From assembly GCF_001194135.2 (NCBI RefSeq), contig NC_069009.1, positions 6,336,845-6,381,852 of the forward strand: a stretch of DNA of 45,008 nt, in the 5' to 3' direction. Positions 24,136 to 33,949 of the stretch are shown piece by piece. A program made the translations under genes and the position numbers. Position 1 is the stretch's first letter, and every line of letters begins with the position of its first letter. The DNA comes from Octopus bimaculoides (Eukaryota). Under the pieces are notes generated by a model, which was not told the DNA's origin, made no database searches, and worked only from the letters and a program-made list of their open reading frames with translations.

Positions 24136-24366
24136 TAAGGCGGTGAGCTGGCAGAATCATTAGCACACCAGACGAAATACTTAGCAATGTTTTGCCTGTC
24201 GCTACGTTCTGAGTTCAAATTCCACTGAGGTCGACTTTGCCTTTCATCCTTTCAGAGTCGAGAAATTGAGTACCAGTTATACACTGGGGTCAATGAAATC
24301 AACTAGTCTCCTCCCCACAAATTTCAGGCCTTGTGCTTTTAGAAGAGAGGATTGTTATGATTATCA

Positions 24367-24397
<31 letters not shown>

Positions 24398-24400
24398 AAT
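24136..24400 (+). mobile_element. Full SINE B, tail type 1
   Basis: Same blocks as 23469-23725. Confidence 0.9.
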
Positions 24401-25982
24401 TAGTAATAGTAGTAGTAGTAGTAGTAATGATTGTGGTGGTTGTTTATGGCAATGGTGATGGTGGTAGGTGGTGTAGTAATCTTGATGATAGTTAGAATGT
24501 TATTGTTGGCTGCAGCAGTAGTAGTAGTAGTAGCAACAGCAGCAGTAACGGTAGCAATGGTGATGGTGATATTAGTAGTAGTAATAATAGTAGTGGTGGT
24601 AGTAGCGATGGTGCTGTTGTTGTTATTATTATTATTATTATTATTATTAGTAGTGGTGGTGGTTGATTTTAACAACATTGGTTGGTGTGGTGGTAGTGAT
24701 GATGTTAGAGTGGTACTAGAGATTGTTGCTATAAAGTTGGTGGTAGTGGTAGTAGTAGTAGTTGTGGTAGTAGTAGATGGCGTGACGAGGAGAAGGCTAT
24801 GATGGTACCAAGGTGATAAGAATTGGTAACAACCAAGAGAAAAGAACACTAAAAGAATAAAAATGAAATAAATAAATTTTAATGTCTGTTGGTGCGGAGG
24901 NNNNNNNNNNNNNNNNNNNNNNNNNNNNNNNNNNNNNNNNNNNNNNNNNNNNNNNNNNNNNNNNNNNNNNNNNNNNNNNNNNNNNNNNNNNNNNNNNNNN
25001 NNNNNNNNNNNNNNNNNNNNNNNNNNNNNNNNNNNNNNNNNNNNNNNNNNNNNNNNNNNNNNNNNNNNNNNNNNNNNNNNNNNNNNNNNNNNNNNNNNNN
25101 NNNNNNNNNNNNNNNNNNNNNNNNNNNNNNNNNNNNNNNNNNNNNNNNNNNNNNNNNNNNNNNNNNNNNNNNNNNNNNNNNNNNNNNNNNNNNNNNNNNN
25201 NNNNNNNNNNNNNNNNNNNNNNNNNNNNNNNNNNNNNNNNNNNNNNNNNNNNNNNNNNNNNNNNNNNNNNNNNNNNNNNNNNNNNNNNNNNNNNNNNNNN
25301 NNNNNNNNNNNNNNNNNNNNNNNNNNNNNNNNNNNNNNNNNNNNNNNNNNNNNNNNNNNNNNNNNNNNNNNNNNNNNNNNNNNNNNNNNNNNNNNNNNNN
25401 NNNNNNNNNNNNNNNNNNNNNNGGGTGAGAGGGGGAGGGAGGGGGCAAAAACATTAACAGCAACAAGAACAATAGGCCGGAAGAGATATAACGATAAATA
25501 GCAATAGCTACAATTGTAACAATAATAATAATAATAATAAAGACAATAGGGACAATAGTGGTAACCCGACTAACGAGAATAACAGGAACGGATGCGACTG
25601 CGCCGACAATGGTAAACAACAATAACAACAACTATAGCAGCTATGATGATGATGATGATGATGATGATGACAATGGGAAGTATGTGTGATAAGAGTGACT
25701 ACAACAGTAACAATGGCAATGTTAAGAAGTTGTACAACAATCGCGATAGAAGAAAGAAAGGAAAACGGAGCAAAAAAAGAAAATGGTATCATACCAAAAA
25801 AAATAAATAAATGAAGGAATAATAATAATAATAATAATAATAATAAAGAAAATGTATGCGAAGGACAAAAAAGAACAATATAATGACATAAAAACAAATT
25901 GATAACAATTAAATTTAAATAGGAAGGACAAGCAGAGCAAGCGACTACAGCCAAGGAATAACATCAGACTCCATCGATCTGA

Positions 25983-26500
25983 TCTTACGAAGGGCGCTAA
26001 ACGAACAGCAGAAGCAGCGGTATCAGCGACCGTGAGCAAATGAGGGAGACTCAAATGTGGTGTCTGGAATTGATGGAAAGTGCTATCAAATCTTCCTTGA
26101 AACGTTGTGAGATTTGGGGAATTGTCATGAGATTCAGGGTTCAGTTCCCACTGTGTGACCTTGAACCCAAAGGGCAAGTGTCTTCCGCTATAGCCCTGGG
26201 TTGACCGATGTCTTGTGAGTGGATTTGGTAGATGGAAGCTGTGCTTACGAAGGGCGCTAAACAACAGTAGCAGCAACGGTATCAGCGACCGTGAGCAAAT
26301 GAGGGAGACTCAAATGTGGTGTCTGGAATTGCTGGAAAGTGCTACCAAATCTTCCGTGAATCATTGTGAGATTTGGGGAATTGTTATGAGATTCAGGGTT
26401 CAGTTCCCACTGTGTGACCTTGAACCCAAGGGCAAGTGTCTTCCGCTATAGCCCTGGGTTGACCGATGTCTTGCGAGTGGATTTGGTAGATGGAAACTGT
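25983..26500 (+). repeat. Diverged ~259-bp tandem duplication (unique CpG-rich segment plus SINE A fragment)
   Basis: CTTACGAAGGGCGCTAAAC...GGATTTGGTAGATGGAA(G/A)CTGTG occurs at 25983 and 26243, with several substitutions and small indels. Confidence 0.9.
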
Positions 26501-26717
26501 GTGGAAGTCCATCGTATTTATGTGTGTGTATATACATATATATAAGTTAAATTCAAATTACGACAAACGTAAATAAACAAACGAAGTTTTGCTTTTAGAA
26601 GCGTTGAGATGTCTTAGAAAGTTAAAGAAGTGATTTTAAATTCTCAAATGCAGGATAATGCTAATAATATAGCCTGAACAGGATAAACTACCCCTATTTT
26701 GCAGAGAAAAGTGTAGG

Positions 26718-26780
26718 TGGGTAGCTGTGGACTCGAACTCACATCCCGTGATTACGCATTATGATGCTTTGACCGATTAT
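26718..26780 (-). other. tRNA-like Pol III head (possibly derived from Thr-CGT), not a clean cloverleaf
   Basis: Minus strand TAATCGGTCAAAGCATCATAATGCGTAATCACGGGATGTGAGTTCGAGTCC, with B-box GAGTTCGAGTC. Confidence 0.4.
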
Positions 26781-27189
26781 ATATATAAGTATATATATAA
26801 AATGAAGTAGAGAAATACAATTGACAAACTAAAAATTTCTTTACATAATAATATAATATACAATAAAAAAAAAAAAAATTTTGAAAAAAACTCATATAAA
26901 GCCAACAATTAATTTTAACTCATAAAATAAGTATATATAAGCATATTAATATGTATGTATGTATATGTATTATGTGTGTGTGTATGTACATGTATGTATT
27001 ATGTGTGTGGAACCATGATCAAGCAGATATAATCCACGACTAACTCGTATTTCATTTATGTATTTTGGTCTATGATAGTTTGTTCGAAAAATACTGTCCA
27101 ATTTTTCAAAAACATTTTTTCAAATTCGATTTATGATCTTATTTTTAAAAAGTTTTAGACAAAATTCCACATGCTTAATAATTGATGCA

Positions 27190-28056
27190 TACTCTATTCT
27201 TCTTTCTTTCTTTCTTTTATTCTTTTACTTGTTTCAGTCATTTGACTGCGGCCATGCTGGAGCACCGCCTTTAGTCTAATCAAATCGACCCCAGGACTTA
27301 TTCTTTGTAAGCCTAGTACTTATTCTATTGATCTCTTTTCTTTTGCCGAACCGCTAGGTTATGGGGACCTAAACACACCAGCATCGGTTGTCAAGTGATG
27401 TTGGGGTGGGGGGGGGTAACAAACACAGATACACAACATATACACACACATACATATATATATATACATATATACGAAGGGCTTCTTTCAGTTTCTGTCT
27501 ACCAAATCCACTCACAAGGCTTTGGTTGGCCCGAGGTTATAGTAGAAGNNNNNNNNNNNNNNNNNNNNNNNNNNNNNNNNNNNNNNNNNNNNNNNNNNNN
27601 NNNNNNNNNNNNNNNNNNNNNNNNNNNNNNNNNNNNNNNNNNNNNNNNNNNNNNNNNNNNNNNNNNNNNNNNNNNNNNNNNNNNNNNNNNNNNNNNNNNN
27701 NNNNNNNNNNNNNNNNNNNNNNNNNNNNNNNNNNNNNNNNNNNNNNNNNNNNNNNNNNNNNNNNNNNNNNNNNNNNNNNNNNNNNNNNNNNNNNNNNNNN
27801 NNNNNNNNNNNNNNNNNNNNNNNNNNNNNNNNNNNNNNNNNNNNNNNNNNNNNNNNNNNNNNNNNNNNNNNNNNNNNNNNNNNNNNNNNNNNNNNNNNNN
27901 NNNNNNNNNNNNNNNNNNNNNNNNNNNNNNNNNNNNNNNNNNNNNNNNNNNNNNNNNNNNNNNNNNNNNNNNNNNNNNNNNNNNNNNNNNNNNNNNNNNN
28001 NNNNNNCCAGCTCGCCTGGTAAGCAAGCTACTTACCACACAGCCACTCCTGTGCCT
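27190..28056 (-). mobile_element. SINE A spanning a gap; its head abuts the left TIR of a mariner
   Basis: Tail TCTTTTACTTGTTTCAGTCATTTGACTGCGGCC; head CTTACCACACAGCCACTCCTGTGCCT. Confidence 0.85.
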
Positions 28057-28059
28057 ACT

Positions 28060-28834
28060 CGTTAGTAAAATTTTACTGATTTCTTTCAGAATATAATTTT
28101 CAAACGTAGAAATCTTTAATTTCAAATATGAAAAAAAAGGAGAAATGCATTTACTTGTTTTGCATGAACTCAAGCTTGGACATAATGCTTCCAAGACAAC
28201 CACCAATATCAACAGAGCATGGGAATGAAGGGTTCACTAGTGATTGGACAGAAGGATGGCAGTTTGAAAGTCTTGAAGATCAAGAAGGTAGAGGATGTCC
28301 ATCCCCCCTTGATGATCAGCATCTTAAAACATCAGTCAAACAAAACCCATGACAAAGTGTCAGAGAAATGTTTCATATGCTTGGTGTTTGTAAGCAACTG
28401 GAAGAAATGAATGCTCACTTGAGCAAAATAAGACCTGCGCTTCTTAATCGACATGGTCCAATTCAGCTCCATGCCAACACTCGACTGCACGTTTCCAGGA
28501 TGACGCTGCAGAAGCTTACACACTTAGGATATGAGACTTTACCATATTGTCCATATTCCCCTGATCTTTCACCCATCGACTACAAATTTTTCAAGCATCT
28601 AGATACTTTGTCAAGGCAAAAAAACCCCCCTCCATTCCAAAACTGAGGTTGAAACTGAATTCAAGGTTTTCTTGGCATCAAGAACCTTTGGATTTTTATC
28701 AAAGAGGCATAAATGCCCTTGGTAATCAGCATAGCTGTTCAGAGTTCATATTTTGAATAATTAAACCTTTGTATAAGTTCAATTTTTCAAGAATATTTTA
28801 AAAATCAGCCATTATTTTACTGAACAACCTAATA
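28060..28834 (+). mobile_element. Decayed cecropia-subfamily (Hsmar1-like) mariner, internally deleted
   Basis: LKLGHNASKTTTNINRAW, ESLEDQEGRGCPSPLDDQHLK, RPALLNRHGPIQLHANTRLH...LGYETLPYCPYSPDLSPIDYKFFKHLD. Right TIR reverse complement TATTAGGTTGTTCAGTAAAATAATGGCTGATTTT; left TIR only partial. Confidence 0.9.
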
Positions 28835-29059
28835 TTTTCTATTTTAAAGACAGTAGGGTGTCTTTAAAACTTGATGTTGTACAGCTCATGCTTCGAAGGA
28901 TGCCTTGTTGACTTGCTTTTGGCAAGAAGTGAGACTATGTGTTCTCTGGTGACTCTCTCAACCTCTGCAAATGATTCTGGCAGGCTTTTGCTTTTATTCT
29001 ACAAAAAGCACTGGAACCTCAAGAAACTCATAAAATGTTCTACTGTATAGCATGATACT

Positions 29060-29560
29060 TCTGGGTAGGAAAAGGAGAAACATTGACACCCGAGGCTAAA
29101 GAAGGTCTTCACTCACATAAAGTATTGTTATCTGTTTGGTGGGATTTGAAAGGTTTAGTCCACTCTGAACTTTTAAACCCAAACCAAATGATAACAAAGG
29201 AGATCTACCATGACCAGCTTAAGTCAGTGCTAAAAGAAAAACGACCATCTTTGGTTTCAAGAAGAAAGGTGTTCTTCTGTCAGGATAATGCTTGGCCACA
29301 GAGAGTGAGGAGCAGTTTGAATTGGAAATGATGCCCCACCCACCATATTCACTGGACATTGCCCCAGCTGATTATCATTTATTCTGCAGTCTTCAAAATC
29401 ATTTGGACGGAAAAGATATGAATTCTGTAGACGAGGTCAGAACAGAACTGGAAGTGTATTTTCCATCACAGACAAGTGAATTTTGGAAGAGGGGCCTTGC
29501 AAGTTTACCAGATAGATGGAAGAGCATTGTAGAAAATGAAGGAGAGTAAATTTTAAATTA
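29060..29560 (+). pseudogene. Mariner transposase catalytic-domain remnant (mellifera-like)
   Basis: KVLLSVWWDLKGLVHSELL, RPSLVSRRKVFFCQDNAWPQ, HPPYSLDIAPADYHLFCSLQNHL, LPDRWKSIVENEGE; frameshifted. Confidence 0.9.
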
Positions 29561-29923
29561 AAAGAGAACTTTGTTTATCTTAATTTTGAAAAATAAAAGA
29601 AGTATAAAAAAANNNNNNNNNNNNNNNNNNNNNNNNNNNNNNNNNNNNNNNNNNNNNNNNNNNNNNNNNNNNNNNNNNNNNNNNNNNNNNNNNNNNNNNN
29701 NNNNNNNNNNNNNNNNNNNNNNNNNNNNNNNNNNNNNNNNNNNNNNNNNNNNNNNNNNNNNNNNNNNNNNNNNNNNNNNNNNNNNNNNNNNNNNNNNNNN
29801 NNNNNNNNNNNNNNNNNNNNNNNNNNNNNNNNNNNNNNNNNNNNNNNNNNNNNNNNNNNNNNNNNNNNNNNNNNNNNNNNNNNNNNNNNNNNNNNNNNNN
29901 NNNNNNNNNNNNNNNNNNNNNNN

Positions 29924-29929
<6 letters not shown>

Positions 29930-29954
<25 letters not shown>

Positions 29955-30545
29955 AAGACTCTCATACACCTTAAGAAACCGAACACACATATCAGTCTCT
30001 CTCTCTCTCTCTCTCTCTCTCGCACACACATTGTAAAACCACGGAGACAAATACACACATACACAGACAATCACATACATACATACGCATACATTTATAA
30101 CATTGTACTCCGCTCTCTCTTTCTCTCTTTCACATATGCAGATTTTAAGAAACTACACACACAAACAGTGACACACACATATCCTTTATAACATCATACT
30201 CCCCTGCCCACTACATTTATTGTCTCTCTCTCACCCTTATCTCTGTTCACCTTCTTCCTCTCTCTCTCTCTCTGTCTCTCACTTGTCCTTCCTCTTTCTC
30301 ACCATATCTCTGTATTCACTCTCTCTCATTTAACCCTCTCTGTCATCCTCTATCTCAACTTCTCTCTCTCTCACTATCACTCTAACTTAATCTCTGTGAC
30401 TTCCCCATTCCACTCCACCTTCTCTCTTCCCCTTCAACCATCTATCCATCTATCTATCTGTCTGTCTGTCAGTCTCCCTATCCATGTACCTATCTATCCA
30501 TCCCTCTATCTGTCTGTCTATCTATCTATCTATCTATCTAAGAAT
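29930..30545. repeat. (CA)n/(CT)n/(TCTA)n compound microsatellite and pyrimidine-rich tract
   Basis: Direct reading. Confidence 0.85.
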
Positions 30546-31659
30546 GGTAAGAATGAAAGACGACACCTTTTTAAGCATAGACTTGTAACAAAAAGAGAGA
30601 AGGTACTTACTTTCATGTACCTTTAAAAAAAAAAAGCCTGAGGTGACCGTGGTCTTTTCCGTAGGCTTTTCTCTCCACGGATAAACCTAATCTGTTCCCC
30701 NNNNNNNNNNNNNNNNNNNNNNNNNNNNNNNNNNNNNNNNNNNNNNNNNNNNNNNNNNNNNNNNNNNNNNNNNNNNNNNNNNNNNNNNNNNNNNNNNNNN
30801 NNNNNNNNNNNNNNNNNNNNNNNNNNNNNNNNNNNNNNNNNNNNNNNNNNNNNNNNNNNNNNNNNNNNNNNNNNNNNNNNNNNNNNNNNNNNNNNNNNNN
30901 NNNNNNNNNNNNNNNNNNNNNNNNNNNNNNNNNNNNNNNNNNNNNNNNNNNNNNNNNNNNNNNNNNNNNNNNNNNNNNNNNNNNNNNNNNNNNNNNNNNN
31001 NNNNNNNNNNNNNNNNNNNNNNNNNNNNNNNNNNNNNNNNNNNNNNNNNNNNNNNNNNNNNNNNNNNNNNNNNNNNNNNNNNNNNNNNNNNNNNNNNNNN
31101 NNNNNNNNNNNNNNNNNNNNNNNNNNNNNNNNNNNNNNNNNNNNNNNNNNNNNNNNNNNNNNNNNNNNNNNNNNNNNNNNNNNNNNNNNNNNNNNNNNNN
31201 NNNNNNNNNNNNNNNNNNNNNNNNNNNNNNNNNNNNNNNNNNNNNNNNNNNNNNNNNNNNNNNNNNNNNNNNNNNNNNNNNNNNNNNNNNNNNNNNNNNN
31301 NNNNNNNNNNNNNNNNNNNNNNNNNNNNNNNNNNNNNNNNNNNNNNNNNNNNNNNNNNNNNNNNNNNNNNNNNNNNNNNNNNNNNNNNNNNNNNNNNNNN
31401 NNNNNNNNNNNNNNNNNNNNNNNNNNNNNNNNNNNNNNNNNNNNNNNNNNNNNNNNNNNNNNNNNNNNNNNNNNNNNNNNNNNNNNNNNNNNNNNNNNNN
31501 NNNNNNNNNNNNNNNNNNNNNNNNNNNNNNNNNNNNNNNNNNNNNNNNNNNNNNNNNNNNNNNNNNNNNNNNNNNNNNNNNNNNNNNNNNNNNNNNNNNN
31601 NNNNNNNNNCAGTATACCCCCTCCCCACCCACTCCACCGCCCCCACACTGTCCCGCCTT

Positions 31660-32324
31660 ATGCCTCCTTCCTTGCCTTGTCTCCTCTTCCTCCTCCTCCT
31701 TCTTCCGTCTTCACTTCCGTTTCCGCCTTGTACTTCCTTGTACGATCACCATTTTCCAACACTCGCTTCCTCCCTTCCCTCTCTCTCCCTACCCCCTCTC
31801 TCTCTCCATATTTCCTCACTCTCTTCCTCTGTCTATCTCTCTTCTCACTCTCTGTCTCTCTCTCTATCTACGTATCTAACCCTTCTTTTCTGCTTTCTTC
31901 TTATTATTTTTCTTCTTCTTCCTAACTTCATCATCATCATCATCATCATCATCAACATCATCAGCAATATCATCATCAACATCATTATTATCACCATCCT
32001 CCTCCCCTTCATCATCATCAATATCATTATCAATATTATTATCATCATCATAATTGCCATCATCATTATCAACATCAGTATCATTGCCAACCTCCTCCTC
32101 CTCACCATCATCATCAACATCAATATCACCGTGAACATCATTATAACCAGCATCATCACAATTGCTACCACATCTAGTAAAACTGTCATCATCACCGCCA
32201 CCATTTGCATCATCATCACCATCATCATCATCATCACCACCACCATCATCATAATTGTCATCACCAGTCTTATCATCACCATCATCATTATTATGCTGAG
32301 GAGAGAGAGAGAATGTTGATCATC

Positions 32325-32406
<82 letters not shown>

Positions 32407-32410
32407 TTAT
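31660..32410. repeat. Pyrimidine tract, (CAT)n mosaic and long (TA)n
   Basis: Direct reading. Confidence 0.9.
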
Positions 32411-32417
32411 ATATCTT

Positions 32418-32760
32418 ATCATCATCATTTAACATGTGTTATCCTTGCTGGCATGGGTTGGATGGTGAGACCAAAGCTGGAAGCAAACTAGGGATCTATC
32501 CAGACTCCAACTATCAGTTGTTGTCTGGTTTCTACAGATGGATGCCCTTCCTGATGCCAACCACTCAACAGAGGGTGCTGCATGCTTTTACATGGCACCA
32601 CATGGGCACTTTAATGTGACACCGCACAGGCACTTTTACATGGAGTCTCATGGGTGCTTTTACATGGCACAGCAGGGACACTTTTACATGGAACCACATG
32701 GGTGCCATTATGTCACACAGCACAGGTGCTTTTATGTGGCACCATCACGCGTACTTTACA
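32418..32760 (-). mobile_element. RTE-tail-related element with ~24-bp tandem repeats
   Basis: GGATGCCCTTCCTGATGCCAACCAC followed by about 7 units of GG(T/C)(G/A)CTTTTACATGGCACC. Confidence 0.7.
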
Positions 32761-32794
32761 CCATCAGAAAGATCAGTCTTAACGCTTCTGCCGG

Positions 32795-33020
32795 CTTATG
32801 TTATCTTTTACTTGATTCAGTGGGCAGACTGCGGCCATGCTGGGGCACCACCTTGAAGAATTCTTAGTGAAATGAACCAACCCCAGTGCTATATTTTTTT
32901 TTATAAGCTTCGTACATATTCTATCAATCTCTTTTACTGAACCACTAAGTTATGGGGACATAAACACACCAACACTAGTTGCCAAGTCGTGATGGGAGAC
33001 AACCACAAAGACACACAGAC
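32795..33020 (-). mobile_element. SINE A 3' half
   Basis: ATCTTTTACTTG...GACTGCGGCCATGCTGGGGCACCACC. Confidence 0.8.
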
Positions 33021-33044
33021 ACATATATATATGAAGTGTCAGTC

Positions 33045-33340
33045 TCCAACTGTGGAGGAAACCTATGGATGAGATAGACCCAGGAAGACGTGGGACGAGG
33101 TGATGAAATATGATGGTGGTGATGACAAGTGATTGTCATTTCGTCGATTGGCTGCGTGTGAGATATGTCAAGCTGAGTAAAATCATAGTTGTGGCATGTG
33201 CCAGTGACACATAAAAGCACCCAGTACACTCTCTGGAGTGGTTGGCATTAGGAAGGGCATCCAGCCATAGAAATCAAGCCCAAACAGACTGGAACCAGGT
33301 GCAGCTCTCTGGTTTACCAGTTCCAGTCAAACCGTCTAAC
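33045..33340 (+). mobile_element. Decayed RTE 3' end (ORF end plus UTR)
   Basis: TVEETYG*DRPRKTWDEVMK, then GTTGGCATTAGGAAGGGCATCCAGCC. Confidence 0.7.
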
Positions 33341-33367
33341 TCAAAAACAACAACAACATTATTAATA

Positions 33368-33422
<55 letters not shown>

Positions 33423-33504
33423 TGATGATGATGATGATGATAATAATAATAGTAATAGCAGCAGCAAGTACAATAATAATGATGATAATAGTAATGCCCT
33501 TTGA

Positions 33505-33730
33505 GTAGACAGAAACTGTGTGGAAGCCTGCCCAGTGTGTGTGTTTGATCCCCACTGCTTGAGTACTAATGTTAGTTTGTCCTTGTATCTTAGGGAAAGA
33601 CAATGAGAGAATAGATACAGGCTTAACAAATACCTGTTGGGGTGGATTTGTTCATCTAAACTTTTCAAAGTGGTGCCCCAGTATGGCCACAGTCTAATGA
33701 CTGAAGGAAGTAAAAGATAAAAGATAGAAA
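33505..33730 (+). mobile_element. SINE A 3' portion
   Basis: GTAGACAGAAACTGTGTGGAAGCC ... GTGCCCCAGTATGGCCACAGTCTAATGACTGAAGGAAGTAAAAGATAAAAG. Confidence 0.75.
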
Positions 33731-33784
33731 CTAACAGAAAACAAACGTCCATCAAAATTTCATGTTCAACATAAATCATCATAA

Positions 33785-33945
33785 TTATCATCATCGTTTA
33801 ACGTCCGCTTTCCATGCTGGACGATTTGACTGAGGACTGGTGAAACCAGATGGCTACATCAGGCTCCAATCACTCTGAGAGTATAGTGGGGGCTTTTACA
33901 TGCCACTGGCATGAAGGCCAGTTAGGCGGTACTGGCAACGGCCAT
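33785..33945 (-). mobile_element. Internally deleted RTE family 1 tail, directly abutting the satellite array
   Basis: CATCATCGTTTAACGTCCGCTTTCC...GCCAGTTAGGCGGTACTGGCAACGG. Confidence 0.8.
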
Positions 33946-33949
33946 GCTA

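Noticed and set aside
25423-25446. G-quadruplex-capable motif at a gap edge (also 31610-31660 on the minus strand)
   Set aside because: Real motifs, but with no functional context. Their position is explained by short-read dropout at G-rich sequence.
28368-28646. SETMAR/Metnase-like domesticated gene
   Set aside because: The similarity is to the Hsmar1-type transposase only. The copy is frameshifted, deleted, has HDN mutated to HAN, and has no SET domain.
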